From Verrucomicrobiales bacterium (lineage in GTDB: Bacteria > Verrucomicrobiota > Verrucomicrobiia > Verrucomicrobiales > DEV007), in contig JBLWYI010000013.1 of NCBI GenBank assembly GCA_048267005.1, forward strand, positions 118,455 to 182,454: 64,000 bases of DNA, given 5' to 3'. Positions 1-9,959 of this stretch are shown here, in pieces. Numbering within the stretch: the first letter of the stretch is position 1; every line of letters starts with the position of its first letter. The notes under the pieces are model-generated. The model was not told the origin of the DNA. It worked only from the letters and a program-made list of their open reading frames with translations, and did not search any database. A program made the position numbers and the translations under genes.

Positions 1-224
1 TCTTTCTAGACGGCAGCCATAGGTTTTCGGGATGGAATCCAGCAGCCAACGGATTTTTTGTCAGCATTCCAGTGTCAAACTTGACGGAATTAGGGAATCA
101 TTGAAGGTCGAGATGATAAGTGATTGAAATACCGTGAATTTTGTCGTAAATAGATAACTGGGGCATGAAGTGGTATCAATTGATATCAGAGCGGCGTGTT
201 TCACAACTATTGTTCGATCAGTAA

Positions 225-2132
225 ATGTCATTCTTCAATCTGCTTAGTGTCGACAACTTTCGTCCAGCTCGCGATATAGCACCAAAGCAGATTAGCGATG
301 AAGTGCTTGCGACTGTGCGAGAGCTTCATGAGGCGGAACAGATGGAACCCTGGATTCAGGCTATCTTGTTCGATACGAATAATACTCCCCATGGACCGTC
401 TGAGATCGTCGATATCCTGACCCATAAAGTATCTGTGCGCGAACAAGTGGGAATTGCAGCGTTTATTTTAAAGGGCCGTTCGTTTCGGACTGTGCGCCCC
501 TCTCACGTTGGCCACCAGATATTTAGGCTTGAGCGAATTCGAGACCTTCGGTTTGCCTTTTTTGTAGCATCAGGGAATATCCTTGATGAAGTGAAAGAGC
601 AGTTTATTTCAACTGCGCAGAAGTTAGCTGCCGATTACTGCATCATTGATTGTTTCGATCTTGCCAGGTTATTTGTCGCCTTTGGTTATTTATGTCCACG
701 CGACGGCGAAATAATCCGAGGGGGGCAATGTTCATGCGGATATACTCCGGCGAATCGAACGTCTAACATCCTTCAACAGGCAGCGTTGTCTGAATTACAG
801 TGCAGCCACGACCTGGATGAATCGGCAGGCGCCGTCATCCTTCCTACAGCGGCAGGGAAGACGCGGGTAGCAGTATTAGACATTGAGCGATTCGATCCAG
901 GAATGGCTGTGTATGTAGCGCACTCTCATGAAATCCTCGAATCCGCAGAAGCAGAGTTTCTTACAGAATTTTCTCAGTCTGAGGTGATCCGATTTGATTG
1001 TAAGCCGACGTCGACTGCACTTCGTAGAATTAATCTTATCACCATTCAGTCACTGTCACGAAATTTAGATGTGTTTGATGGGTTGTCGGTGGATTATATC
1101 GTCGTCGATGAATTTCATCATGCTGCCGCTCTTAGTTACCGGCGGATGATCAACGCGCTGAGTCCGTCTTTCTTGCTAGGGCTAACCGCAACGCCGTTTC
1201 GAGGTGACCAGCAAGACGTTCTTGAACTGTGCAATGGAAACGTAGTCGTCAACTACGAACTCCGGCAGGGAATCGAGTTCGGTGTACTCTGTCCATACCA
1301 CTATTTTGGATGTTTCGATGACGTCGATTACTCCGACGTTAAGTATAACGGGTCTCGGTACGATGTAGCAGATCTGGAACGCGCTTTGATCATCCCTGAA
1401 CGTGATGCGGCGATTATCAGCAAGTGGAGAGAGAAGGCGGATGGAAAGCCTACCCTGGCATTCTGTGTGTCCCACGCGCATGCGGAGCGAGTGAAGCAAA
1501 GTTTTCGTGATCAGGGTGTTGTGTCCGAGGTCTATCTCGCTACGACGCCGCAAGAAGTGAGATCAGAGCTACGTTCCCAAATGCGCGCGGGTGAGTTAAA
1601 GGTGTTGTGCGTTGTTGACGTTCTCAATGAAGGTGCTGACATGCCTTTCATCGAATGCCTTTTGTTCCTTCGTCCAACCGAATCAAAGCGGGTCTTTTTC
1701 CAGCAATTGGGTCGAGGACTTAGACGATTCTTCGGGAAGGGGCATTGTACGGTCATCGATTTTATCGGCAATTTTAAGAATGCCTATCGAATAGCCGAGG
1801 ATTTAGGTCTTGAACCCTATGACCAAATTGACCCTTCGGCCGAGAATTCCAGAGGACGAACGGGCAAGGAAATTTTGAATCTGCCTACAGGTTGCATTGT
1901 CGAATTCGACGAGCGCGTCATCGACATATTTGGTACGCAGACAATGAATCCTCGTTTTGCTACACGTCAAAACATCGCGCGTATTCTAATATACCAGTAC
2001 AAGCGTATCGAACGGCGTTTGGGACGCCGTCCTACTAAGCGTGATCTTGACCGAAATACTGTCATTGGCAGCCGGTTCTACAAATTGGTATTTGGAAGTT
2101 GGCAAGAGTTTGAACGGCGGATGGAAAAATGA
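225..2132 (+). CDS. Superfamily-2 helicase (type III restriction Res-subunit-like, DExH) with a ~190-aa N-terminal non-helicase domain, possibly a PD-(D/E)xK-like nuclease
   Basis: ATG at 225; 635-aa ORF; Walker A 'PTAAGKT', motif II 'DEFHH', motif III 'TATP', motif VI 'QQLGRGLR'; N-terminal 'ILFDTNN..EIVDILTHK' block resembles a nuclease core (inference); local GC visibly lower than downstream genes. Confidence 0.8.
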   Translation: MSFFNLLSVDNFRPARDIAPKQISDEVLATVRELHEAEQMEPWIQAILFDTNNTPHGPSEIVDILTHKVSVREQVGIAAFILKGRSFRTVRPSHVGHQIFRLERIRDLRFAFFVASGNILDEVKEQFISTAQKLAADYCIIDCFDLARLFVAFGYLCPRDGEIIRGGQCSCGYTPANRTSNILQQAALSELQCSHDLDESAGAVILPTAAGKTRVAVLDIERFDPGMAVYVAHSHEILESAEAEFLTEFSQSEVIRFDCKPTSTALRRINLITIQSLSRNLDVFDGLSVDYIVVDEFHHAAALSYRRMINALSPSFLLGLTATPFRGDQQDVLELCNGNVVVNYELRQGIEFGVLCPYHYFGCFDDVDYSDVKYNGSRYDVADLERALIIPERDAAIISKWREKADGKPTLAFCVSHAHAERVKQSFRDQGVVSEVYLATTPQEVRSELRSQMRAGELKVLCVVDVLNEGADMPFIECLLFLRPTESKRVFFQQLGRGLRRFFGKGHCTVIDFIGNFKNAYRIAEDLGLEPYDQIDPSAENSRGRTGKEILNLPTGCIVEFDERVIDIFGTQTMNPRFATRQNIARILIYQYKRIERRLGRRPTKRDLDRNTVIGSRFYKLVFGSWQEFERRMEK

Positions 2133-2218
2133 GTTGAATTAGGAAGTAGGTTTGAAAGATGGTGAAGTTTCGAGATCAACTGCCGATCTGATAAGGAACC
2201 TAAGAGTTTTATCCATGA

Positions 2219-2262
2219 AAGACCACGTTGGCATCGTCGTTAACCGATGTTCCTAACGTGGT
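2219..2262 (+). terminator. Putative rho-independent terminator (compound hairpin 'gaccacgtt...aacgtggtt' followed by TTTT)
   Basis: 8-bp outer stem with an inner 5-bp stem (catcg/cgatg), then T-run, ~85 bp after the helicase stop. Confidence 0.35.
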
Positions 2263-2313
2263 TTTAAAAAAAAGCTGGACTGAAATAGATGGGATCTTTA
2301 GCATTGCCGGACT

Positions 2314-3018
2314 ATGCCGAGAAACAAAGTAGCTGAAATCTTCACATCTTTTCTCGATGCACCATGGGTCGCTCCTTGCGAGCGCCATGTGCGTGCACTT
2401 GAAGAGGATTGTGCCCATTGCTCATGTCTCCATGCTGGTGAGCAGGATTCAAACATGAGACAATTCATTGAAAAGTTCGTCTCTGAAGTCTCATCGAAAT
2501 ATCGATTGAAGCCTAATTCACTGATTGCCTATGCAATGGGACCAGTGCGAAACGGATCGGGCCCGACTAATCCTCACTTTGAATTTTACGCCTACAGAGG
2601 AGCGTCTTCCTACCCTCGTCCTGTGCCTCACAAATTGCTGAAATCTGATGGAGCATTTAGAAACATGCTGGGACGAGACGATGAGAGAGTCGTCGAAAGT
2701 AAATTGGAAGCAGCGGGCAATCCAGAATTTCCTTTTGTGCTTTCAAAGCTGGATCATGCCATCGGAGGGGATGGCTCAGCGTTTATGTTTTCTCGGGATT
2801 ATAGAGTGTCTCCTCGTCCTCTTGTTTCTCCAGCGTTCTATATTGGTGGTTTTGAAACAATTGGGCATGTATTTGGCGATCGTGGTAAAATACCACTGGC
2901 AGATGTCGTTCATCTCAAAGAGCTCTTCACTGCAAAATTATCCATAATGATGTTTCGGCATTCGACCTGCTGCAACCAGTTTGAGTATGTTGATGAGGAC
3001 CCGCTCACTATCGACTAA
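2314..3018 (+). CDS. Hypothetical protein (234 aa), no recognisable motifs; encoded immediately downstream of the helicase in the low-GC edge segment
   Basis: ATG-initiated 705-nt ORF co-directional with the helicase; low GC. Confidence 0.5.
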   Translation: MPRNKVAEIFTSFLDAPWVAPCERHVRALEEDCAHCSCLHAGEQDSNMRQFIEKFVSEVSSKYRLKPNSLIAYAMGPVRNGSGPTNPHFEFYAYRGASSYPRPVPHKLLKSDGAFRNMLGRDDERVVESKLEAAGNPEFPFVLSKLDHAIGGDGSAFMFSRDYRVSPRPLVSPAFYIGGFETIGHVFGDRGKIPLADVVHLKELFTAKLSIMMFRHSTCCNQFEYVDEDPLTID

Positions 3019-3116
3019 ACCCAACTCCAATTGGCATGCGGATGCGGATTTGATTACGGTTATTCCTACTTCGCCGATCTGGTGCAAACGTGAGTTTTAT
3101 TAAATTTATTGCCATG

Positions 3117-4955
3117 TCACTCACCACCCGTCTTCCGCTCCACATAAACATAATACGCGCCGAGCAATGACTGCCGTTCTGCGTCATCGAACCAGGTGTG
3201 GAGACGGGTGCGGCCGGGTTGCAGGGTGGCGGTGAAGGTGACGGATTGGTCCTTTGGCTTCACGGGCCGGCGCATCATGGGGCCGGTGCCGATCTTCATT
3301 CGGGCGGTGGCGATGGGGAGGGCGACGCCGACGGGGAGCTCGCCGTCGGTGACTTTGGTGTCGGGGTAACCGGCGTTGAGGGGGAGTGCGGTCTCGCGGG
3401 GCCAGCGGCGCAGCTCGAAGGTGTACTCGCCGGCCTCGGCGACTTCGATTTCCCACCAACTGTTCTTGAGGTCGCCACGCCGGGTCTGCTGCTGCTGATC
3501 AATAAAGACGTCGAGCCATTCGCAGGCGGTGAGCATCATGGGGTTCTCGGATTCGTGACCGATGATGGTGGGCTGGGGTTCGTTGGCTGTGTCTTTGACT
3601 GCGTCCCACCAGGTGTCGAGATGCTTGTTGAGCTTTGCGGCGATCATAGCGTGAGCTGCGATGACGTTTTTCTGCTGCATGGGATCGGCCTCGAGATTGT
3701 AGAGGGTGTTGCCTTCGAGAAGTCGCCAGTGTTTCCAGAGGACGGCAGCGCCTTCGCGTCTCATGATGGACGGGCTGTCGGGGGAGGGGTAATCCATCCC
3801 GAAGGGCATGCGGCTGTAGTTGATGACGAGTTTGCGGTCGGGATCGATTTCGGTTTTGCCCTGGAGGACGGAGGCGAGGCTTTCGCCGTCGAATGTGGGT
3901 GGGGTGGCCGGCTTGATACCGGTGAGATCGAGCAGGGTGGGGAGGAGATCCTGGACCTGGCTCAAACCGGCGATGTCTTTCCCGCCGTGGAGTTTTCCCT
4001 CCGGCCAGCGGATGAAGCAGGGGACGCGGTGGCCGCCTTCCCAGAGTTGGGTTTTCTTGCCGCGCATCCCGGCGTCGAAATAGATCTCGCCCATGGTGCT
4101 GCCGTTGTCGGTGAGGAAGACAAGGATGGTGTTGTCGGCGATGCCGGATTCGGTGAGGAAGGTTTCGAGTCGGCCGAAGTTGTCGTCGATGTTTTTGCTC
4201 ATCGCGAGGAAGCGAATGAGGTTCTCCCGTTTGGCGGGCGGGAGTTTGGGGATTTTCCCGGCTTTCTCGGCGGCGATGTAATCTTTCTCCTGGGCGAGGC
4301 GGTCGGCTTCGGGAACCCACCAGGGGGAGTGCGGGGCGTTGGTGGGCAGGTAGGTGAAGAAGGGCTGTTTCTCTGCGGCGCGGGATTTCATCCAGGTGAT
4401 GGCTTCGGAAAAGAAGACGTCGGTGCAGTATCCTTTGTAGGGTTTCAACTCGCCATTGTGGCGGTAGGTGTCGTCGAAGTAGTCGTTGTTCCACACATCG
4501 GGGGTGGAGTTGATGTGGGAGGAGGGGAACCACAGCGTCTCATCGAACCCGCGGTCCTGCGGGCGGTAGGGGTAGTTGTCGCCGAGGTGCCATTTGCCGA
4601 AGATACCGGTGTGGTAACCGGCTTCTTTGAATAAGTCCGCGATGGTCGGCAGCCCGGCGCGGAGCATGGTGCGGCCGGAGCTGACGTTGATAGCGCCGTT
4701 CTTAGCCGGGTCGAGCCCGGTCATGAGCTGGCCGCGGGTCGGCGTGCACATGGGGGAGACGTGGAAATCAGTGAGGCGGATGCTGTCGGCGTGAAGGCGG
4801 TCGAGGTGGGGAGTCTTGAGGACGGGATTGCCGTGAGCGGACAGCTCGGGGTAGCCCTGATCATCGGTGATGAGGACGATGACATTCGGCTGGTCGGCTG
4901 CTTGTACTGAATGAGCCAGCATGAGGATGCCGGCGATGAGGGTGATGAATTTCAT
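3117..4955 (-). CDS. Sulfatase (arylsulfatase family), secreted
   Basis: Signal peptide 'MKFITLIAGILMLAHSVQA'; sulfatase signature 'CTPTRGQLMTG' (C-x-P-x-R). Confidence 0.9.
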   Translation of the reverse strand: MKFITLIAGILMLAHSVQAADQPNVIVLITDDQGYPELSAHGNPVLKTPHLDRLHADSIRLTDFHVSPMCTPTRGQLMTGLDPAKNGAINVSSGRTMLRAGLPTIADLFKEAGYHTGIFGKWHLGDNYPYRPQDRGFDETLWFPSSHINSTPDVWNNDYFDDTYRHNGELKPYKGYCTDVFFSEAITWMKSRAAEKQPFFTYLPTNAPHSPWWVPEADRLAQEKDYIAAEKAGKIPKLPPAKRENLIRFLAMSKNIDDNFGRLETFLTESGIADNTILVFLTDNGSTMGEIYFDAGMRGKKTQLWEGGHRVPCFIRWPEGKLHGGKDIAGLSQVQDLLPTLLDLTGIKPATPPTFDGESLASVLQGKTEIDPDRKLVINYSRMPFGMDYPSPDSPSIMRREGAAVLWKHWRLLEGNTLYNLEADPMQQKNVIAAHAMIAAKLNKHLDTWWDAVKDTANEPQPTIIGHESENPMMLTACEWLDVFIDQQQQTRRGDLKNSWWEIEVAEAGEYTFELRRWPRETALPLNAGYPDTKVTDGELPVGVALPIATARMKIGTGPMMRRPVKPKDQSVTFTATLQPGRTRLHTWFDDAERQSLLGAYYVYVERKTGGE

Positions 4956-4970
4956 GGGACGCTTGTGTCT

Positions 4971-5951
4971 TTATTCTTTGGGAGGGGCGGTCAGCAGGGA
5001 TCCCAGCAACGATTCCAGCCCGGCGGGGGATCCTTTGATGCGAACGTAGGTGTGGGCTTTGGCCCTGTCGGTATTCCAGTAGGTGTGCCCGTCTGAATCA
5101 ACGACGACGCGGCCTTTGGTCACGGAAGACCAGTATTTGTCCTCGATCCCGCGAACGGCGAGGAGGACGGTGGCGAGGTCGTGGTTGGGCTTGCCGAACT
5201 CGAGCGAGTTGGTGCCACGGAAAGGCCGCAGTTCGTAGGCCCGGCGCACGGGGTTCTCTTTGGGGGAATCATTCAGCTCGATGCCGTTGACCATGGCCGC
5301 GCCGACTTCGTAGCCCTGCCAGATGATGGGGGTGGGCCACCCGTTGGTCACGGTGACGGCGGCTGCGGGATCAAGCATGATGTTGGTTTCGGGACGGGCG
5401 GTGCGGGGGAATCCGCCGCCCATGACGAGCAGGGATTTCACCTTGGCTTTCACCAGCTCCGGCTCGGCCTGGAGGAGGTCTTCGAGATTGCTGAGGGCGC
5501 CGACGCTGCAGATCACGACGGAGCCATCGGGCTGGGCGGTGAGGGTTTTCCGATAAACTTCCAGCGCGTCGGGCATTTGATCGTCCGGCTTGCTGTCGTG
5601 CGGGAATTCAGCACTGAGGGCTGCGGTGAAGCTGCTCAATCCTTTCCAGCGGGAGGTCGGTTTGGCGCCGTCTTTGTCGGTGCCGATCAGGATGTCGGGG
5701 CGGTGATACCAGGTATTGATGGCATCGACCGCGGCGGCGGAGGCATTGCTCGGGCATTTGCGATTGGTGACGACGGCGAGGATTTCGGCCTCGCCTTTGT
5801 CAGCCAGAGCATGCAGGACGGCGAGGGCACCGACGTCATCGCAGTCGTTGGCCATGTCGGTATCGAAGATGATTTTTACCGGGTCAGCGGCCATGGCTGA
5901 GAGCCCTATCGAAAGCGCCGCGGCGGTGATGGCTCTATGGAAGATCATCAT
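4971..5951 (-). CDS. Inosine-uridine-preferring nucleoside hydrolase (IUNH)-fold protein with N-terminal signal peptide
   Basis: 'IIFDTDMANDCDDVGALAVLHA' aspartate-cluster motif of the IUNH family; hydrophobic N-terminus 'AALSIGLSAMAADP'. Confidence 0.85.
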   Translation of the reverse strand: MMIFHRAITAAALSIGLSAMAADPVKIIFDTDMANDCDDVGALAVLHALADKGEAEILAVVTNRKCPSNASAAAVDAINTWYHRPDILIGTDKDGAKPTSRWKGLSSFTAALSAEFPHDSKPDDQMPDALEVYRKTLTAQPDGSVVICSVGALSNLEDLLQAEPELVKAKVKSLLVMGGGFPRTARPETNIMLDPAAAVTVTNGWPTPIIWQGYEVGAAMVNGIELNDSPKENPVRRAYELRPFRGTNSLEFGKPNHDLATVLLAVRGIEDKYWSSVTKGRVVVDSDGHTYWNTDRAKAHTYVRIKGSPAGLESLLGSLLTAPPKE

Positions 5952-5965
5952 ACTAAGGAGAGGGG

Positions 5966-7969
5966 TTATTTTGTCTCCACAGGAGGCTCGCTTACGAGTT
6001 GAACAAACGCTTCGATGGTTCGTTCAGCCTGGGTGCCGTTGAAGACCAGGTAGCGGTCTTTGCCGTTCTCTTTGCCTTTGCGATTGGGGCGGAACAGGGT
6101 TGCGCCGTCGTCTTCCACAGTCACTAAACCCGGGGGCGACAAATCGAAATATCCCCGGTCCGGATAAACGGCGTGCAGCACTGCCGTGAGATCCCAGGTG
6201 GGGCGGTCATGCGGTTTGGTGGGGACGTAGGCGAGGTAGCCTTCCCGGATGATGTGTTTGGGATCGTATTGGTAGTCCTGTTGAATGCTTCCCCAGGGAT
6301 AGGCTGCGGCGATTCCGATCTCGTAGCCGCTCCAGATAATGGGAGTGGGCCAGGTCTTTGCGAACGACTGCGCTGACGGGACATCGAGGCGGACGTTGTA
6401 TTCCAGATGACGGGTGTCGAAGCGCACGGTCTGGAAAGCGCCGGCCATGATGATGAGTTCTTTCACCTTGGCTTTGGCAAGAGCCACGCCATCGAGGTCG
6501 GAGTGTTCGTCTGGCTCTGATTCAAGGAGCTGGGCGAGGTTGGTGAAGAATCCGACCTGCGCGATTTTAACCGACTGATCGGGCTGTGCCGCGAGGGTTT
6601 TGCGAAGCAGAGCCACGGCATCTGGGGCATCCTTGCCGCTCTTCAAATCGTGATCATAATTATCGGCAAGTCCGTTGTAGCGTCCGGGCTCGGGAGTGAC
6701 ACCGTTGCGAACGGCACCCACGGGGATGTCGGGCCGACCGTAATAGGTGTTCAGGGCATCGATGAAGGGGGCTGATTTCTCATGATCCTTGGTCGAGGTG
6801 ACTGCCAGTAGCTCGACCGCACCGCGGCGCTCGAGCTGGTGAATCAATGCCAGAGCCATGGCATCATCGATGTCATTCCCCATGTCGGTGTCGAAGATCA
6901 GTTTCACTGGTTTCTCCAGTTTCGGGGCTGCGGCGATGTGGGCTGGGGGCTGAGCCACGAGATGGACGAGGGCTTCCTGGACCCGTGCGGTTTGTCCCGG
7001 GGTCATGGTCAGGAAGCGGTCCCGTTTCTGTGCGGGCTCTTTGCCTCCCGGGCTGAATCGGGTAAAGCCATCGTCTTCTACGGTGACACGCCCCGTCTTG
7101 GAGAAACCGAAGTAGCCCCGCTGCGGGAATACAGCGTAAAGCACGCTGGTTAAGTCCCACGTCGGTCGGTCATGCTCGGGGCCGCTGTGGAGGAGGTAAG
7201 CTTCTTTAACGGGATGCTTTTCCACATAGTTGAAATCGTTCCTGATGCTGGCGCGCGGGTAGGGCGCAGCGATCCCGATCTCGAATCCGCTCCAGACGAC
7301 GGGAATCTCGTTCGGCCATTCCGCTGCGAGGATCTGCATCGACTGGACGTGATTGCGAACATTGGCTTCGAGGTAGCGGTTGTTGTCGTTGATGGTTTCA
7401 AGCGAACCGGCCATCACTGAAAGCTCTTTCACCTTTTGGCGAATGAGTGCAGGGCCGCCTTCTTCCTTGAGAAGGTCAGCGAGGTTGGTGGCCAGTCCGA
7501 CCTGGACGATGGTGACGGATCGATCTTCTGCGGCGGTCAGGGTTTTCTTCAACAGAGAGACGGCATCTTCCGCGTCTTCGTCTTTGAGGTCGTGCGGGAA
7601 TGAATCAGCCAGCTTCAGGTATTTAGAATCACGGTCAGGAGCATTGGGATTGGTCCCGACCGGGATATCGGGGCGTCCGTAAAAAGTGTTCACTGCATCC
7701 ACAAAGGGAGCAGCCTGCGGGTGCTTCTTGGAGACTGTGACGGCGAGCAGCTCGCACTTCCCCCGGTCGGCCAGAGTGTGCAGCATGGCCAGAGCGAGGA
7801 CGTCATCAACATCACCGGTGATATCGGTGTCGAAGATAATGGGGACGGGCTTTTCCTCCGCGTAGGCAGCGATACCGAGGAGACAGGAGAGAGACAGGGC
7901 GACCAAACGAACCAACAGGGTTGGTTTGGTGATCGAACAGGGTTGGTTCGTAAGGAGAGGGGGAGTCAT
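5966..7969 (-). CDS. Tandem-duplicated IUNH-fold protein (two nucleoside-hydrolase-like domains)
   Basis: Two DTD motifs ('IIFDTDITGDVDDVLALAMLH' and 'LIFDTDMGNDIDDAMALALIH'). ATG at 7969 overlaps the permease stop (tcat, ATGA coupling). An alternative TTG start near 7915 would give a clean signal peptide 'MVRLVALSLSCLLGIAAYA' and place the REP-like element outside the CDS. Confidence 0.85.
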   Translation of the reverse strand: MTPPLLTNQPCSITKPTLLVRLVALSLSCLLGIAAYAEEKPVPIIFDTDITGDVDDVLALAMLHTLADRGKCELLAVTVSKKHPQAAPFVDAVNTFYGRPDIPVGTNPNAPDRDSKYLKLADSFPHDLKDEDAEDAVSLLKKTLTAAEDRSVTIVQVGLATNLADLLKEEGGPALIRQKVKELSVMAGSLETINDNNRYLEANVRNHVQSMQILAAEWPNEIPVVWSGFEIGIAAPYPRASIRNDFNYVEKHPVKEAYLLHSGPEHDRPTWDLTSVLYAVFPQRGYFGFSKTGRVTVEDDGFTRFSPGGKEPAQKRDRFLTMTPGQTARVQEALVHLVAQPPAHIAAAPKLEKPVKLIFDTDMGNDIDDAMALALIHQLERRGAVELLAVTSTKDHEKSAPFIDALNTYYGRPDIPVGAVRNGVTPEPGRYNGLADNYDHDLKSGKDAPDAVALLRKTLAAQPDQSVKIAQVGFFTNLAQLLESEPDEHSDLDGVALAKAKVKELIIMAGAFQTVRFDTRHLEYNVRLDVPSAQSFAKTWPTPIIWSGYEIGIAAAYPWGSIQQDYQYDPKHIIREGYLAYVPTKPHDRPTWDLTAVLHAVYPDRGYFDLSPPGLVTVEDDGATLFRPNRKGKENGKDRYLVFNGTQAERTIEAFVQLVSEPPVETK
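7901..7955. repeat. REP-like short repeat, two direct copies of the 'AACAGGGTTGG' core
   Basis: 'cgaaccaacagggttggtttgg' and 'gatcgaacagggttggttcg'; same core recurs at 7 or more other loci in the window. Confidence 0.6.
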
Positions 7970-8928
7970 GATTTTTTCTGTTTCATCCGGCGGATTCGCC
8001 AAGCATCAAAGATTACAGCGATGATGATGACCAGACCGGTCACGAGGAGTTTGGTTGAGTTTTCTGCACCGATGTGGCCAAGGCCCGCTGCGAGTGTGGC
8101 CATGATGAGAACACCGAGGAAACTACCGATGACGGAGCCCCGCCCACCCATGAGACTTGTGCCACCGATGACAACGGCAGCGATGGCGTCGAGCTCCAGC
8201 ATGTTTCCAGCGCCGGGATTTGCCGAGGCGAACCGGCTGGCTTCGAATGACGCTCCCAGGCCAGCCAGGGCTCCGGCGATGATGAATACGACGATCTTGA
8301 TCGGTTGCGTGCTGATCCCGGAAAAGATGGCCGCTTCTTCATTGGCTCCGACGACTTTGGTGTAGCGACCGAAAACGGTTTTCGAAAGTAAGACCTGCCC
8401 CAACGCCACGATCAATACCGCGAAGAGGAATGCCGGGGAGATTCCAAGGTTCGTGATGGGAGCCGAGAGCCATTCAATTTCAGCTCCGATGTATTTGGTC
8501 TGGGAATCGGTGGTGCGTTGCGCCAGGCCGCGGGCGATTTGCATCATGCCAAGGGTGACGATGAAACTCGGGACCCCGAATTTAACAGAGACGAATCCGT
8601 TTCCCGCACCGCAAAGTGCGCCGGTGGCTACGGCGAGGAGAATGGCGGGGATAAACGGCCAGCTCCAGTCGACCATGGCAATCCCGAGGATGGATCCGCT
8701 GAATGCGAGGACTGAACCAACGGACAGATCGATTCCACCAGTCATGATGACCAGTGTCATCCCGACAGCAACCACCGCGAGGGCCGGGACGGAATTGGCG
8801 ACGGAGTTGAATGTCCCGGTTGAGATAAAAGAGCGGTCGACGAATCCAAAGACTGCCACGACAGCGATCAGCACGCCGAGAAGGCCGAGCGACTCACCAA
8901 ACCTCTGGAGCGTGGGGCTTTTGATCAT
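7966..8928 (-). CDS. ABC transporter permease (ribose/CUT2-type, RbsC-like)
   Basis: 320-aa polytopic membrane protein with a typical RbsC-family Gly/Ala-rich TM pattern; directly follows the substrate-binding protein gene. Confidence 0.85.
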   Translation of the reverse strand: MIKSPTLQRFGESLGLLGVLIAVVAVFGFVDRSFISTGTFNSVANSVPALAVVAVGMTLVIMTGGIDLSVGSVLAFSGSILGIAMVDWSWPFIPAILLAVATGALCGAGNGFVSVKFGVPSFIVTLGMMQIARGLAQRTTDSQTKYIGAEIEWLSAPITNLGISPAFLFAVLIVALGQVLLSKTVFGRYTKVVGANEEAAIFSGISTQPIKIVVFIIAGALAGLGASFEASRFASANPGAGNMLELDAIAAVVIGGTSLMGGRGSVIGSFLGVLIMATLAAGLGHIGAENSTKLLVTGLVIIIAVIFDAWRIRRMKQKKS

Positions 8929-8957
8929 CGGGGATTGTTTCGCCGGCTCGTGTTGTC

Positions 8958-9914
8958 TTAAAGGCTGTCTTTGGTGATGAGATCAACAGGAGTTTTCTGA
9001 TCAGCAGGGGTGTTTCCTTTGAGGATTTCCAATGCGGCTTCGATCCCGAACACTGCGAGGTCACCACCGTGTTGGTCAGCCGTTGCAAAGATGCGGCCCT
9101 CTTTGATGAGAGCTTGAACTGCGGAAATATTATCGAACCCGACGACCTTGACCTGATCTGATTTGCCAGCGGCTTTGATTGCTGACACTGCGCCAAGGGC
9201 CATGGAATCATTGCTGGCAAGGATGGCGGCGAGATCGGAGTGTTTCTGCAAGATCGCACTGGTGATCTGGTTGGCTTTATCCATTTCCCATTGCGCGCTC
9301 TGGGTCGATACGATTTCTGCTCCGGCGGCTTTCATGGCGTCTTCGAATCCAGCGCGTCGTTGCTGAGCATTGAACGCGGTGGGGACGCCCTCAAGGATGG
9401 CGACTTTTGCCCCGGCGGGGAGTTCTTTCGCGAGAGCTTCACCGACGATCCTGGCGCCTTCCCGGTTATCCGGACCGACGAAAGGGATCGTGGTCTCCGC
9501 TTGAGCCAGCACTTCCGCGTCGAGTTTGTTGTCGATGTTAATGACGGTGATTCCGGCTGCCCGGGCCCGCTTTAAAACGGTGATGAGAGCTTTGGAATCG
9601 GCTGGTGCGATGACGATGGCGTCGACTTTCTTTGCGATCATCTGCTCAACGAGAGCGACTTGCTGAGAGATGTCGGTCTCGTTCTTAATACCGTTTACGA
9701 TCAGTTTGTATTGTCCGGGGTGTGCTTTGGCGTGGGACTCTGCCCCGTCAGACATGGTTTTGAAGAACTCATTGGCGAGAGATTTCATGATCAGAGCGAC
9801 CTGAGGCGTCTCGTCTGCAGGTGCTGTCGCCGATTCATTGCCAGACCCGCAGGAAACGAGCGTAAGGGCGACAGCAGCGGCGGTCAGCTGTTGGAAAAGG
9901 CGTAAATAATTCAT
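8958..9914 (-). CDS. ABC transporter periplasmic sugar-binding lipoprotein (RbsB / PBP type I family)
   Basis: Lipobox 'LTLVSCGS'; periplasmic-binding-protein fold motifs ('KVDAIVIAP', 'GITVINID'). Confidence 0.85.
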   Translation of the reverse strand: MNYLRLFQQLTAAAVALTLVSCGSGNESATAPADETPQVALIMKSLANEFFKTMSDGAESHAKAHPGQYKLIVNGIKNETDISQQVALVEQMIAKKVDAIVIAPADSKALITVLKRARAAGITVINIDNKLDAEVLAQAETTIPFVGPDNREGARIVGEALAKELPAGAKVAILEGVPTAFNAQQRRAGFEDAMKAAGAEIVSTQSAQWEMDKANQITSAILQKHSDLAAILASNDSMALGAVSAIKAAGKSDQVKVVGFDNISAVQALIKEGRIFATADQHGGDLAVFGIEAALEILKGNTPADQKTPVDLITKDSL

Positions 9915-9930
9915 AGGTTACGTATTTGAA

Positions 9931-9958
9931 CAAACGATTGCGCAATATTGCGGTTTGG
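9931..9958. promoter_or_regulatory. Candidate LacI-family operator: palindrome 'caaac gattg CGCAATATTGCG gtttg'
   Basis: Perfect 12-bp palindrome 9941-9952 with inverted flanks, in the 45-bp gap between the lacI-family gene stop and the SBP gene start. Confidence 0.35.
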
Positions 9959-9959
9959 A

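Noticed and set aside
3198-4634. 478-aa Gly-rich ORF on the plus strand
   Set aside because: It is antisense to the well-supported sulfatase gene. Its composition (G/V/A runs) is typical of GC-rich antisense frames. The same applies to 3499-4533, 5181-5900 and 20417-21769.
6090-6108. Additional REP-like hit 'ggaacagggttgcgcc' inside the tandem IUNH coding region
   Set aside because: It is only an 11-nt core match embedded in well-supported coding sequence, compatible with chance. It is not counted among the intergenic family members.
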